Shown: piece by piece, positions 1-13,729 of the stretch
How the letters are laid out: each line of letters starts with the position of its first letter
Numbering within the stretch: the stretch's first letter is position 1
DNA from: Octopus sinensis
Taxonomy: Eukaryota
Direction of reading: 5' to 3'
Length of the DNA stretch: 64,000 nucleotides
Assembly (NCBI RefSeq): GCF_006345805.1
Contig: NC_042997.1
Coordinates: 58,900,001 to 58,964,000 of the forward strand
Position numbers and translations under genes: made by a program
Notes under the pieces: generated by a model
What the model was told of the DNA's origin: nothing
The model's database searches: none
The model's input: only the letters and a program-made list of their open reading frames with translations

Positions 1-319
1 TCAGCTACCTACAAACCACCTCATTTTATACGACTTACTACTTTTATTGAATATGTGACGTTGCATAGAAAATACTCTGTTTTCCGAGTCTATCTTTGCT
101 TGGTGTGCATTATAATTCAGAAATGAAGAGTAAAGCAAAAGTTTTTTTTTCTTTTCCGTTCTTTTTTCTTTTTCTTTTATATCTTGCAGTGACTCCAATG
201 AATCAATGTTATATAGAAATACAAATAAGCAAGAGACGTTCCTTCACTTGGTGAAAAATGCAAGTTTGTCCAGGTGCGAGATTTTAAGCAATATTTGTTT
301 TCGCATTTCTAATTGAACG

Positions 320-560
320 AAGCAGCAATGTATGGCTTGGTGGTTAAGGGTATTGGACTCATGATCGTAAGGCTGTGGTTTCGATTCCTGGACCAGGACA
401 TGCATTGTGTTCTATAGCAAAACATGTCATTTCACGTTGCTCCAGTTCACTCTTCTGGTAAAAAATATGTAAACTAGCGATAGACTAGCCTCCAATCTAA
501 GGAGGAATATATATGCCAGAGAAACCAGGAAACCAACCCTATGCTCTTACGGAGTAATGT
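320..560 (+). mobile_element. tRNA-derived SINE, family C (degenerate)
   Basis: Pol III A-box-like TGGCTTGGTGGTTAAG and B-box-like GGTTTCGATTCC, then TGTGTTCTATAGCAAAAC...ATTTCACGTTGCTCCAGTTCACTC, which is shared with the copy at 29355. Confidence 0.7.
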
Positions 561-685
561 GGACAAAACACTACCATCTCACCCCTCTTATAAAAGGATA
601 GGACATATTAAATCAGTGGAGATGCTGTAAGGATTGAAAAAGAGCAGACATACTGAATTCCATGTTTAATAAGACTGGAATGATT

Positions 686-945
686 TACTCTTTTACTCTC
701 TTTACTCTTTTACTTGTTTCAGTCATTTGACTGTGGTCATGCTGGAGCACCGCCTTTAGTCGAGCAAATCAACGCCATGACTTATTCTTGGTAAGCCTAG
801 TACTTATACTATCGGTCTTTTTTGTCGAACCGCTAAGTTACGGGGACGTAAGCACGCGAGCATCGGTTTGTCAAGCGATTTTGGGGGACAAACACAAACA
901 TAAACGTATACACACACACACACATACACACACACACACACACCC

Positions 946-1035
<90 letters not shown>

Positions 1036-1219
1036 CATATACACGACTGGCTATTGTAGAATACATTTGCTTCTTTCAGTTTCCGTCTATCAATTCTAAT
1101 CACAAGGCTTTGGTCAGCCTGAAGCTATAGTAGATGACAAGACACTTGGCCAAAGTGCCACGCAGTGGGACTGAACCCAGAACCATGTGGTTCGTAAGCA
1201 AGCTACTTACCACACAGCC
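686..1219 (-). mobile_element. tRNA-derived SINE family A with internal (CA)n/(TA)n microsatellite
   Basis: The minus strand reads GGCTGTGTGGTAAGTAGCTT...GGTTCAGTCCC (A/B boxes), an internal microsatellite, a conserved 3' body and an (AAAGAGT)n tail. The same sequence recurs at 11.1, 11.7, 15.3 and 49.2 kb. Confidence 0.85.
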
Positions 1220-1229
1220 TCTTCTACGC

Positions 1230-1452
1230 CTATGGTTCAAATTTCATCAAAATCCGAAGCATATGAATTTTCACGGGATGTTCTGACTCCCTTTATGTCA
1301 CCTCAAAATTGTATGAAACATACGGCATTACCTTTCTCCCTAGGCTTGGATTTTGTGTTCCAAATTTCATTAGGATCGGTGCAGTAGTTTCGAGTCTTTT
1401 AGTAGCACACGCAAACGAACACACATAAAGACATTGTCTTTTATATAATAGA
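1230..1452 (+). mobile_element. Non-autonomous Helitron-like element, 3' portion
   Basis: CAAATTTCAT...GATCGG...AGTAGTTT...ACAC...TTTTATATAATAGAT architecture, repeated at 35470-35562 and 46660-46850. It resembles the 3' ends of invertebrate non-autonomous Helitron-like families (inference). Confidence 0.4.
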
Positions 1453-3439
1453 TGTTTCTATCTACTTATCTATCTGCTTGTCTGTCTATCTCCTACATCC
1501 CCTATAATGGAATACCTTTAATCCTGGGTCTGCTTGATCAGTGTTGATCAGATGATAAACATCAACATCAACGAAGACTGCGTGTTATTTGGTGTTTTGT
1601 GTAATATATAGTGAAGAGTTTGGCTATTCTAGTAGAAATGGTACAGTCTATAATGTATCTGGTGTATTGTTACTGTTCGATTATTGTTGTTGCTTAAACC
1701 TATAATCCAGAAGACACACGACCAAAAGCGATTCATCTGTGACCACCCCATCTTTCATTCAGATGCTGTAGAACTCGAACCACATTAGCCACGTTTGCTT
1801 TTAAGTGTAAGATGTTATTTGTAGGAGATTTGGCAACTGTGTATTGCAGATGAAACTACGACATATATGTAAGCTCCCTTTACTTGATTTCAGTCAAATA
1901 TGGTGTCTATGATGCTCTATGTGTATTTACTTTCTTGACTGTGTGTTGTATTTTGTGATACAGCTTTCTTTCATCAATGGATATATCATGTGTTGGACGA
2001 GTTCTCTTTATCGAAACCGGAAATCGAGCTTACTTTCGATAACCGACTGTTTTTTCGTTATTCCTTACGATAGTTCATTCAACGACTCTAATATGGACAA
2101 TATTCTGCATCTCCAAAGACAGTACCTCCTCAATCATACCTCCTCGGAATTTACACACTGGTTACGTACATCAGGAAATTTTTGTTGCCAGTAATTCTGG
2201 TATCAAAAGACTATACGCCCTTGTAAAACTTTGTATCTCACGAAGTATTCGAATTCATCACTGGCTGTGAAAATTATGAGAATATTATAAATTGCATAGA
2301 GAACATCTCTATTAAACCGGTGAAGAAAGTTATCATGTGATACCAACTTACCAATTACAAAGAGCAGCCATGTGAATTTCAGTACCATTTTGTTCAAGCC
2401 TTGAATCTGCTGGTTAAAGAATGTAAGTTTTAGACTGTGTCGTCGAAGAATACAAAAAGAATCGATAATGGATGGGGGATATTTTAATAATGTCAACTGG
2501 AACAATGCTCTTACTACTCGAGATTAAAACACTAGATTTGGAAACGTTTTCACAGTCGAGAGTTTTTGATTTATCGCTAGAGAATGCTAGCATATATAAT
2601 GTCTATGATGTTTTTTGTTTTGTTTTTTTCTGTAAAGAATGCTACTATTGTAGAGGTGGACACTGAACAGAAAGATATTTGATTATCTTTTTTCAAAAAC
2701 AATTTTTGATGGGTAGTGAAGTGTAAATGTGACCGCCGAAAATGTCCAGCTAGAAATGTTATACATTACAAGTGTAAAATAAAAAGGTCATTTTTATCGG
2801 GTGAGTAAAACACATATTAAGCACATAAAACACCGATATAAAACATAATTACTCTCCAACAAATTCATTTCTTCAACTTAAATTTGATAATTTCTTCTAC
2901 TTTATTAGAACAGAAATGTGTCTCGCTCGCTCATTAATGTAATTAACCATCAATCAATGCAAGCTTTAGCTGATAGTAGAAGCGCTAAAAATTCCATCCA
3001 AGATAATTTTCCGATTGGTGGTTTAGTCATTAAACCATTCTTGTGATAGATTACTGCCCAAATTAAGTAAATATGCTACATTGATCTTAAGTGAGTGGGG
3101 AAATTTTACAAACAGTTGTCTCCATTAGTAATATTTAGTCTCGTCTATGACTTAATACTGGACAGATTTTCATGTCTTAACATTCTTCTGTAGCACATAA
3201 ATTTAAACGCTTGGAAGCCTAATATCGTAAAACTTCACTTGCCTAAAAATTCCACCTGCTACAAAATCAGGCCAGACTCTTATTCAATTAACATAATGTT
3301 TCTATCTTCCATTACCCATCTCCTCCATCTTTCATGCATAAATTACTCGGGAAAATAGACCGTCTTTTGTGACATATTTCCTCTACTCCTCCTTTATGTG
3401 AGTTGGCTCAGGTTGCGTTGCTCCTTTTGATTCGTAACA

Positions 3440-3655
3440 GGAGCGAACGATGGAGCACTGTAGTTGTTCGTACTCTTTTCCCCCCACTTAATTTAATGCA
3501 TCCAAAATTATTATTTTTGTATCTTTTATTGTACAAGTTTTGTCTGTAAGTTAGATTTAGCTTTCGTTTGAAAATAATTTGGGTGCGTGTTAACGTTCGT
3601 TATTGCTGCTACCAATATAGCAATAACCCCTCCTAATACTTCCATACTTCAATAG
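3440..3655 (-). repeat. Unclassified dispersed repeat; inverted homolog at 5433-5620 (+)
   Basis: The minus strand ATGGAAGTATTAGGA...TTATTGCTATATTGGTAGCAGCAATAACGAACGTTAAC...AAACGAAAGCTAAATCTAAC...AATAAAAGATACAAAA aligns by eye with 5433-5620 on the plus strand. Confidence 0.65.
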
Positions 3656-3659
3656 CTCG

Positions 3660-3840
3660 TCGGGAGTGAGAGGATCGAGTCTGCAAGTGTGGTTGGTTGC
3701 GGTTGTGTCTATGGTGATGGTTAGGCTTGGATCGATTGTGATAGGTGGGTGATGAAGGCTACTTCCAGCGTTCGAGACGCGCAGTTTCCGTAGTGAGGAC
3801 GTTGCCATTGGTATCCTTCACCAGGGCTGTCTTGAACTGG
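3660..3840 (-). mobile_element. RTE-clade LINE fragment (EN-RT tether)
   Basis: Minus frame QFKTALVKDTNGNVLTTETARLERWK*, then TCRLDPLTPDEL. This matches the RTE tether pattern xKDxxGxxLT...RW...PTxxE. Confidence 0.6.
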
Positions 3841-5202
3841 ATTAGATTAATTTCTACAGTACTTATTCGATAAAGAATTTTATAATAGCTACACAGCTAC
3901 AAATTTGCGGGGAGAATATAGATTATTACATCAATCAAGGTATTAGACAAGTGCTTGATTTATTTAATGACCCCGGAAAAAATGAAAGACAAAGTCGACT
4001 GTAGTGAAATTTTAACTCAGGACACAATGAGCCGCCAATTAAATTTTAATTTCTAGATTTAGTACATAGCTAGAGAGTGTTGGGTATAGATAATGAAATC
4101 GATCCTCCTATATTATCAGTACTTTGTAAAGAGACGTAAGTATAGATTACAAAGGATTTTGTCCAGAGCATAAACAATTTTACCACTTTAATACAGATTC
4201 GATGATAAAAAATACTTGCCATATGTTCATTTGTGCAACATCTAGTGATTTGGTATTGACTATAAACAAATCCAATCCTTGTTGCAGGGTGGTAGCTTGT
4301 GTGCCTCAATAGTCCTGAGAATTATATCAGCAGAGCACAATCTCCGGGTATGGCCTTCTATGCTGGACAAGTCAAAACACAGAGACTAGATTTTGTGTAA
4401 GGAAGCTAGGGATATTTTTTACTTAGATTGTAAGGAATGGTGAGTACTTATTTAGAGTGTTACCTTTGTCTATCAAACAGGATCTAGTTTTACTTATTAA
4501 GAAGCCAGATATTCTATTTTTTTGCTCCATTGCATAATGTAATCACATTTCAAAAATAACAAAACAAAAATATTTTATCTTCTATTTTTCCGAATCAACC
4601 GGGAAATAAAATCTTAGCATAAGATTTGAGAAATTCCAATGCTCTCCTCATTATTCCAAAATTGATTTTCTTGCAAAGCAGGTATAAAAATCTACATTTT
4701 TTCCAAAAGAAACTTGTAAAAGCCTCGAGATGTTTCATAATAGTGGAAAATTTCTCTATGTAATTTCATTAAAAGTTTGCTTGTAAAGAACGATTTATAT
4801 AGAATGTAAGTAAAATATGTTTCTTTTTGTTGAAAATCCTGTGGGGAAAATTTAACAAGTTTTTCCGACATTGAAAACAAATCTTGCCGTAAATTCATTG
4901 ACGTTATAGTGTTCGTGTTTAATAATATTACAGAAATGCTACTGCTTCTCTGGAATGATTCACGATAACATAAAACTGGTAGTATTTTTTCTTCTTTTTT
5001 AAAGATTGTTTGTAGTTAGATATTTTAAGCTGTTTACAAATTTTGACGAATATCCGTTTCCAATATGTGCACGCATTACAATATGGCCGACTCAGAAGTT
5101 ATAGAAAGAGGTTCTCACTACAGTGATGGTAGCAGAAACATAAACAAACACACCTTCAAGTTTATTCCAAACAAAAAAATATATATGGATTTTTTGCAAA
5201 AA

Positions 5203-5205
<3 letters not shown>

Positions 5206-5281
<76 letters not shown>
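5206..5281. repeat. (GA)n microsatellite
   Basis: Direct reading; it produces the RERERE/SLSLSL pseudo-ORFs. Confidence 0.98.
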
Positions 5282-5286
<5 letters not shown>

Positions 5287-6526
5287 AGACAGACAGACAA
5301 AAATGTTGGGGAGAGAAACATGCTGAAAAAAAGCCAAACGTGCAGACGGAAGTCCATACTAAAACATTTTGAAGACGAAAAAACTAATAATGTTGAAACT
5401 ATTGTCTTGAATGAAAAAACAGCGACCGCCAACATGGAAGTATTAGGATAATTTATTGCTACATTGGTAGCAGCAGTAATGAACGTTAACAAACGAAAGC
5501 TAAATCTAACTCACATACAGAACTTGTATAATAAAAGATACAAAAAGAATAATTTTGGAAGCATTAAATTAAATGGAAGAAAATAGTATGAACAACAACA
5601 ACATTCCATCATTCTATCATTGGTTGAAGAAGAGATAGGTCTTATACGCGCGTAGTATATACCTAATGTGTATGTTCGTGCATATATACATGTGTACGAA
5701 TGATTGTATATATATACGAGTGCAAGACTCAACCTGTTGTACTTGTCTCCTTCTTTCGTAGATATATGCATGTATATACATTTATATATCTGCTGGGGCA
5801 GAAGTGTTTGACAGACAGGAGGGTGTATTTTTGTATATAAATATATAACTCATTTGTATATTCAAGTTTTTTGCGGCGAATATGAATGTTTTACGGTTTA
5901 TGTTTTTGCGTATGCGTTTTTATTTGTATATACGTCTATCCGCGTATGTATGTGCATGTGCGTATAGACTCCGTTTTGTATATCCGCATATGTATGTGTA
6001 TGTGCGTATAGAGATGTGCATATGAACATAATGATGCGTGCGTATTTATGTATGTTTTTATTTGTATATACGTCTTTCTGTGTATGTATGTGTGTGCGCG
6101 TGTAGAGATGTGTATATGAGCGTTGTGATGCGTGCATGGGTATATATGCGTGTTTATGTGCGTGTATGCGTAGACGTATATATGTGTCCACGAGAGTTGC
6201 TTGTGGGCACCGTCTGGAGTACCTGTTTCCAGAACCAAGAAAAGGTCGTCATGGTCGTGGGTACCGTAATCTAACCTAAATGGCGCCTTCTCCTTCATGA
6301 GTTGATGGGTTTGACTTATTTGTTTTTATTCGCATATATTCGCATATATATTCGCGTGTGGGAGCATGTATATAGATATATACATGCATGTGTTTGTGTG
6401 CGTACGTGTATATGTGTGTGTATATGTGTGCATATGCGGATTCTATGAATTAAGTATTATTTTCCACATGCCTATTGGAGTAATTTCCCTTTAATCAACG
6501 TTGTTTTTTTTTTTTTCACAGCGTTT

Positions 6527-6595
6527 GTGTTAATAACTGGTGAGATGCCGGAGCAGACTTCAGCTCCGGCATCCGAAACTGAGTTTTATTATGAC
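6527..6595 (+). ncRNA. Near-canonical type-I hammerhead ribozyme motif
   Basis: Stem I TAATAA(6531-36)/TTATTA(6586-91); core CTGGTGA (G instead of A6); perfect 11-bp stem II GATGCCGGAGC/GCTCCGGCATC; one extra C; GAAAC-TGA-GTT stem III. Confidence 0.55.
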
Positions 6596-6829
6596 AACCA
6601 ACTAATTGTCACATATTATATTTATATGTGTATGCATGTATGTATGTATGTATGTATGTATGTATGTATGTATGTATGTATGTATGTATGTATGTATGTA
6701 TGTGTGTATGTATGTATTTATAGATGCATGTGTGTATGTTTGTGTGTATGTGAATATATGTATGTCTATATAGATATATACATATATGATGTCATGTATT
6801 CTTTATTTTTAATATTCAAACTTACTAAA

Positions 6830-7790
6830 TATCTTTGCACTATTTCTTGTGTACCATTTCACACTATTTTCTTCCATCAAAAAACATCTTTTGGCAACAA
6901 ACTATCCTTCTGCTTCATATTTCAAGACCCTATGAACCTTGCTTTAAGGATTTGCGATTGTAAGGCTTCCTGTGTGCTCATTGCTTTCAGAATTTAATTT
7001 CTATTAAAACTTCTTTTACTTTGGTTCCATTTTAGACTTTCTATCAATATCTCAAAAGATATGTTCTATAAGTTTGCTAATGGCAATAATTTTGATCTTT
7101 ACCATTCAGTTTATATTAAGGCACTAATTTTAACCTTCTGAACTATTCATTTCTATGGAAATTCATTCTTCTTTATTCCACATGTCATTCCTATATCTTG
7201 TGTAAAGCAGTATATTACTTCATCGTATTTTCTTTGCAAAGAATTTTAATATATCTATAGAGAGGAGGAGATTTCACTTTATGTGGCCAACCATTCATTT
7301 GCTATATCCTTCTTTTACTGTGCTTAGTAATAGAGGTAAAGATTTTATGAATATCCCAAAAGAGCAGAGGGGATAAGCAATCACTATGAAAGACTCCATC
7401 ATTGATTTTAATACTTACTACCTCTTCATTAAGATATCTTTATTTATTTCTTCATTTATCATCTGTTCCATTCTTTGCTATTCTTTTCTATACTCTGCTA
7501 ACTCTAGTATTTATACGCAATCTATGATCCAGAAAGGAAAAGTCATGGCATAGACTTTTCACGCTCAAACCATGCCATTGTAAATTGTTTATATCATTTC
7601 TGCAATATTGATTTATCTGTGAATGATTGTTCCTTAGTACTACTCATTTTTCAATATCATTTCTGCTCTCCTGGTAATACCTCTTGCGTGCCTAGTTATT
7701 TACATAACAATATATATTCTATTGGCTATTATACTTACCAGTAACTTCAACATAATTGAGAGATAAATTGCTGTTGCTTCTGCTTTCGTC
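6830..7790 (-). mobile_element. Highly degenerate R4/Dong-like LINE (RT region)
   Basis: Minus frames: LKLLVSIIANRIY...EVLPGEQK...SSTKEQSFTDKSILQK...MAWFERE (cf. LPEEQKG/GTKDQLLIDK/MAWIDYKKAYD), SPLLF and LLLSIDILKFFAK (cf. HLLYMDDLKLFAK). Many stops. Confidence 0.7.
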
Positions 7791-9147
7791 ACTGCTGTTA
7801 CTTTTGTAATCATTTTAGTGTACAACCCTACAATACAGATCGTAAAACACTGATGTCCTCTCGAAAATCTGGATTAGATTTACCATGTCACAACTTCACA
7901 TTCAACAAAACAGATAGATAAATTAGAGTTGCTTTATTCTTGGAAAAGGAAACAAAATGTTTATATTTCTTACTTGGCACAAGACAAACTCTGTGAGGGA
8001 GGAATTAAAATCAATTGAAGGGGCTCGAGTTCATGACAAGTATTTATTTTGTCGACATAAGAACTATAAAATCCACCTTATCAGACTGAAACTAATTTTC
8101 AGCTTTTATTCCGACATGCTGCCACAATTCCAACTCTTCCACACATTTAGTAAAGCAAACATTTAAACGGAAGTACTGTTTAATCGCTCCACCTGCAGGA
8201 AATAATGGCCAAATCTTCCTCAAAGTGCACCTTTTTCTCTTAAATAATGGAAAACATGTTAGATAAAGAAAAAGGTGGGATAACACGGCTGAAATAGCTT
8301 TGCTTGTAGTGTATTCGAAATGAAGACGGTACTAAGATGTATATAAACAGATAATCAGTCTTTTTGACTTTAGTGGGGAAGAGAAAGCTATTGGAGTTCA
8401 TGCCCTCTTGGAGATCATTTTCAGGAGCCAAAACTGGGGCCCAGCTGAAGCCTACCCTACAGAATTTGCCGTATACCCTGTTGTATTATATATCATACTA
8501 TATTATGTTATATTCTATTATATCATATTATATCATACTATGTGCAGAGTAGCAGAATCGGGTGAAGTAACGAGTCAAATGCCTTGTACTAAGTAACGCC
8601 ATTTTACGTTGTCAGTTAAAATCCTACCCACCGTAGTAGATGCTAACCTACAACTTTTCTGGGTCGGTAAAATAAGTGCCATTGAAATCCTGGGGCGATC
8701 GAATCGACTACATCTAGCGCCAAAATGTATGGCCTGTGTCTATTATGTCTATCATAAAATCATTAAACTGTACTATATTTCGCAGAATCCACTAGAATAC
8801 GCAGCTGAGGTGATATTAGATCAAAATAGCTATCTATGTATCATACTTAACGTATATACACTGTTGATAGGCCAGTTACTGCAGTATTTTTCCTGTGGAC
8901 GTGCTGTGTTAAAAATACATTCAGTAGCGGAAGGAGATGAAAATTCGTCTCAGCGAGAAAGTTAGATGTATTCCGGACATTTTTTGGCCTTTTAGTTTTT
9001 ACTATCTCAAACTTTGCTGATATCGACTTATCCAAAGAATCCAATCCTTCATCTTCATCAGCAAAGTAATCCAGAAAACCGATTAAAAAATAAAGAAAAA
9101 AAATGAAGAAAAAAAGCAACAGTAACGGGAAAATAACAGTCAATATG

Positions 9148-10074
9148 GATCTTTGTGGTTTTCGTCACTGTTTACAATTATCTTTAAAAAAACTTTTTTA
9201 ATGTATCATATAGATGTAATTTTTGACACTGAATCCGAATTTGTTATTCATTTATTCCAGAAAAAATTTGCAAAAGTGTTACAGGTGTTCAAAGTTTAAT
9301 AATTTTCAGAATTTTCAGCCAATCAGAAAACTGTGAATTCGCTGCCTCTTCCATCACCGGGGTAGGGGGCATTGGCATGTCAGAACATTAAGCTAGCTCG
9401 CGAGCAAATCAAATATTTGAAAGCTACGAATAAACCAACAGGGCTTGCTAGAAATAACAGTCAAAACATTAAAATATATACACGAGCAAAGTTAACATTA
9501 AAACATTCACGAGCAAATTAAATATTTAAAAGCTATGAACAAACCAATGGGTGTTGCTAGAAATAACAACCAAAACATTGTTTAAAACAGACTTTTATTA
9601 GTTAAAAAAATTCAAGAACGAAAGTTTGCAATACACTGTAGGATTTTATAAAATAAATTATCTTTCTCATACCTCCTCCACATAAATTCACAAAGATAAG
9701 AGTCAACCATGGAACGGTGTGTCCCACAACGGCATTTGTTTCCACTCTTTAAAGATGCCCAGGTACTCAATTCCTTGAGTGTGAGTCCCTTCTGCTACGG
9801 AAACAAACAATTATGGAACAAGTGATGGTTACACTCCTTGTACGCATGCGCAGCATCTTTCGTTACTATGGAAACAGAGTTCTTCGCCACGGTGATGTAT
9901 AAAATACTCGTTTCTAATTGGTTAAAATATCCAAATTTTGCAAATTTTAAAGACTGATAAATTTTTAATTATAGATTTATAAGAAAAATGAATTTCATTT
10001 TAATACTATACAAAACCTAATCCATATCCTAAATTTAAAAGCAATTGGAACAGTGACAAAAACCACATAGATCT
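9148..10074. mobile_element. MITE-like non-autonomous DNA element with imperfect ~31-bp inverted ends
   Basis: GATCTTTGTGGTTTTCGTCACTGTTTACAATT (9148-9179) is the near reverse complement of AATTGGAACAGTGACAAAAACCACATAGATC (10043-10073). An internal degenerate tandem duplication lies at ~9400-9570. Confidence 0.5.
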
Positions 10075-11111
10075 GTCAGTGTCTCATTACGCCTGCCCTT
10101 AGTCAATGTAGATTAGGTAGAAAAAAAAGGAGGAAATGGTTGGAGGAAAAATGTGTGAGCATGTTATAAATTACAGATAACGGATTTAAAGTAAGGCAAA
10201 GGCATAGTATATATGCAAATGGTCGTAGAATGCTTGTGTATTATAAGAAATGCAGTATACGAGTAATCCTAAATATTAGTTAAATACTGGGGAAGACTTG
10301 ACTGACTGATGACAGATTTTTCGTTTCCGAAGATCATGAGAAAGAGCGTGGCACACCCTCAAGTGGCTATGTAAATCGACCTTCGACGCTATAGGGATTT
10401 TCTTTTACCTGTGCTAGATAGTTTTTAAGTGAAAACAGTCTGATCCGACACTTTAGACTTAGATATCTGACCGCTATGGCTCAGCGGACTAAGATGGCTG
10501 TGGTGGCCACCTGGCTGTAGGTTTTGCATTGGAGTGGTCTACTTTTAAGTGAATTGCTTTTAAAAAACTGGGGGGCTCCACATAACCTCGAGTTGCTGGA
10601 AGGTATCAAAGAAGGCATCGGACGTTCTGAGGGATTCCTCTTGACCGACTGTCATAATAAATGACTCATTAGTGAGCGAATTATTGTAGATTTTCTACAA
10701 TGCATTATACCATATTAGCTAGTTCTTGTTTTATGCAGATTGACAGTGAAATTGGTTGAGTACAAGTGAAAAATAGTGCGTGGTATCTAGTTATGTCCAT
10801 TTCCATTCTTAGTTTAATTACCACTGATGTCAGCTTGAACTTTCCTTCTCGGTAAAATATAGTAACAGTATCATACTCATCCCAAATATTTAAGAACTTG
10901 TGTTGCTTAGAAAATGTGTGTGTATGTGTGTGTGTCTGTCTGTGTTCGCGCGTGCGTAAGTTTGTACATATATTTTAGTAGTAGAGCACTGTTATTAAGA
11001 TATCAATGACATAATGCGAATGTGTTTGCAATTATTCTATCGTAGTTTCAGTAATGGAAGCAACTTAAACGAGCGGTTGAACAGTGAAACGTGTTAATCA
11101 GGAGTCTCCCG

Positions 11112-11598
11112 TTACTTTTTTTTTTCGTTACTTTTTTACTTGTTTCAGTCATTTGACTGCGGCCATGCTAGAGCACCGCCTTTAATCGAGCAACTCGACC
11201 CCGGGACTTATTCTTTTGTAAGCCCAGTACTTATTCAATCGGTCTCTTTTGCCGAACCGCTAAGTAACGGGGACATAAACACACAAGCATCGATTGTCAA
11301 GCAATGCTAGGGGGACAAACACATACACACAAACACACACACGCATATATATATATATATATATATATATGCTTGTGTGTTTATGTCCCCGTTACTTAGC
11401 GGTTCGGCAAAAGAGACCGATTGAATAAGTACTGGGCTTACAAAAGAATAAGTCCCGGGCTTCTTTCAGTTTCCGTCTACCAAATCCACTCACAAGGCTT
11501 TGGTCGGCCCGAGGTTATAGTAGAAGACACTTGCCCAAGGTGCCACGCAATGGGACTGAACCCGGAACCATGTGGTTGGTAAACAAGCTACTTACCAC
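11112..11598 (-). mobile_element. SINE family A with an internal inverted duplication
   Basis: Same body as 686-1219; 11200-11290 is perfectly inverted at 11369-11459. Confidence 0.85.
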
Positions 11599-11704
11599 GT
11601 ACAAAAATTATAGTTCGCAAGTGCTTCCATTTTTATCATTCTTTCTTACAGCTAATACTTTCACATAACAAATACAAGCTGTATGTAAAACAATAAAAAT
11701 ATTC

Positions 11705-11979
11705 TTTTATTCTTTTATTCTATACTTGTTTCAGTCATTTAACTGCAGCCATGCTGGAGCACCGCATTGAAGGGTTTTAGTCGAACAAATCGATCCCCAG
11801 TACTTATATTTTAAGACTAGTACATATTCTACCAGTCTCTTTTGCCGAACCACTAAGTTACTGGGACGTAAACACACCAGCACCGGTTGGCAAGCGGTGA
11901 TGGCGGATAAACACAGACACAAAGGCACACATACACACACGCACAATACACACACACATACACACACACGCACACACAC

Positions 11980-12036
<57 letters not shown>

Positions 12037-12200
12037 CGGCGGGCTGCTTTCAGTTTCCGTCTACTACAGCCACTCAAAAGGCTTTGGGCGGCCCAAGGCT
12101 ACAGTAGAAGACACTTACCCAAGATGACACGCGGTCGGACTGAACTCGGAACCATGAGGTTGGGAAACAAGCTTCTTACCACACAGCCAGACCTGCGCCT
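11705..12200 (-). mobile_element. SINE family A
   Basis: Tail, body, (CA)n insert and tRNA-like head are colinear with the other copies. Confidence 0.85.
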
Positions 12201-12329
12201 ATATGCAAAACTTTCTCAGTTACAAAATGTGACGTTTTTGTTATCTACATTCCAACGATGCAGTTAGGTGTCTTACTTAAAAAACCGGCCTCCTCGAGAA
12301 AAATACATATAACCAAAAATAGAAGAGAA

Positions 12330-12600
12330 CATACATACATGCATGCAGCCATACATAAACACATACATGCATACATGCATGCATGCATACATATATACAT
12401 GCATACATACATACACACATACATACATACATACATACACACATACATACATACATACATACATACATGCATACATACATACATACATACATACATACAC
12501 ACATACATACATACATACATACACACATACATACATACATACATACATACATACATACATACATACATACATACATACATACATACATACATACATACAT
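12330..12600. repeat. (CATA)n tetranucleotide array
   Basis: Direct reading. Confidence 0.97.
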
Positions 12601-12709
12601 ACGTTCGTACGTACGTAGATATATATCTGTGTATTATCCTGAACGAATACACAGAGGAAATCGTAGTGTAGCGATGGAGGGGGAATTATTAGCTTCAAAT
12701 CTATGTATG

Positions 12710-12768
<59 letters not shown>

Positions 12769-13394
12769 ATGTGTGTGTGTTAGGATTTCGAAAAAACGAT
12801 ATCTCCAACGCTATTTGATAGCATCTACCTTTATCTATCTCTTCTAATATTGCATTATTATTATTTATTATTATTATTATTATTGATTGATTGATTGATT
12901 GATTCCAGTTTCAGCTCATGAGCTGTGGCCATGCTGGGGCACCGCCATTTTCTCATCACTACTACTACTGCTGCTGCAGTTCATTATTCCAATCATCACC
13001 ACAAACTGTATTGTGATAATCATAATGATCACCATCGCTTTTATTAATATTGTCAATGTAATCTACAAGATAACAGAAATGAATGTTAAAAATAAAACGT
13101 TGTAAAATCTCATATTCATGATTTCAAAAGTTTGCTCACATCATGTATATTAATACTTTTTTTGCATGTAATAATAATCACATGATTTTTCGAGGCTATA
13201 TCTACAATACAACACATCCATTGCAAAGAATCCAAGGTAGCTGTTCCTCTGTGCAAATATGCGAACCCAATTACTTATCAACAGAACATGAATCCAATTT
13301 TACGGAGGAAATGTAAATATTACATGTGTGTGTGTATGACAGAGTTGTGTGCATGCCTGTGTACGTGTCTCTGCGTGTGCCTGCGTGTGTATGC

Positions 13395-13426
<32 letters not shown>

Positions 13427-13613
13427 GTCAGTGCAATATGCGTAAATGTGAGATTAAACTTATATTCTATTGATAAGTAATGAAGAGTATACATATATTT
13501 GTATTGAATAGTAGCCATGTTAGATTTATGTGTGCGAGTGTGATGTATGTATGTATACTATATATGTGTGTGTGTGTACATATATATTTACACACACACA
13601 CACACATATATAT

Positions 13614-13684
<71 letters not shown>

Positions 13685-13729
13685 TGTATGTATGTATGTA
13701 TGTATGTATGTATACAGACATATATATAT

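Noticed and set aside
1919-2666. Short ORFs with a faint GPCR-like hydrophobic pattern
   Set aside because: No diagnostic motif, and adjacent frames are closed; indistinguishable from AT-rich background.
4050-4900. Coding-looking stretch (also 51690-52350)
   Set aside because: All frames are interrupted and no recognisable domain emerged from manual translation.
8847-9143. Minus-strand ORF ...FLDYFADEDEGLDSLDKSISAKFEIVK... as a host exon
   Set aside because: No family was recognised, no convincing splice pair or partner exon was found, and the N-terminal part is a poly-pyrimidine tract. Unresolved.
10100-10800. Possible solo LTR or SINE head (TGGCTCAGCGGACTAAG)
   Set aside because: No B-box, no TG...CA ends with TSD and no second copy in the window.
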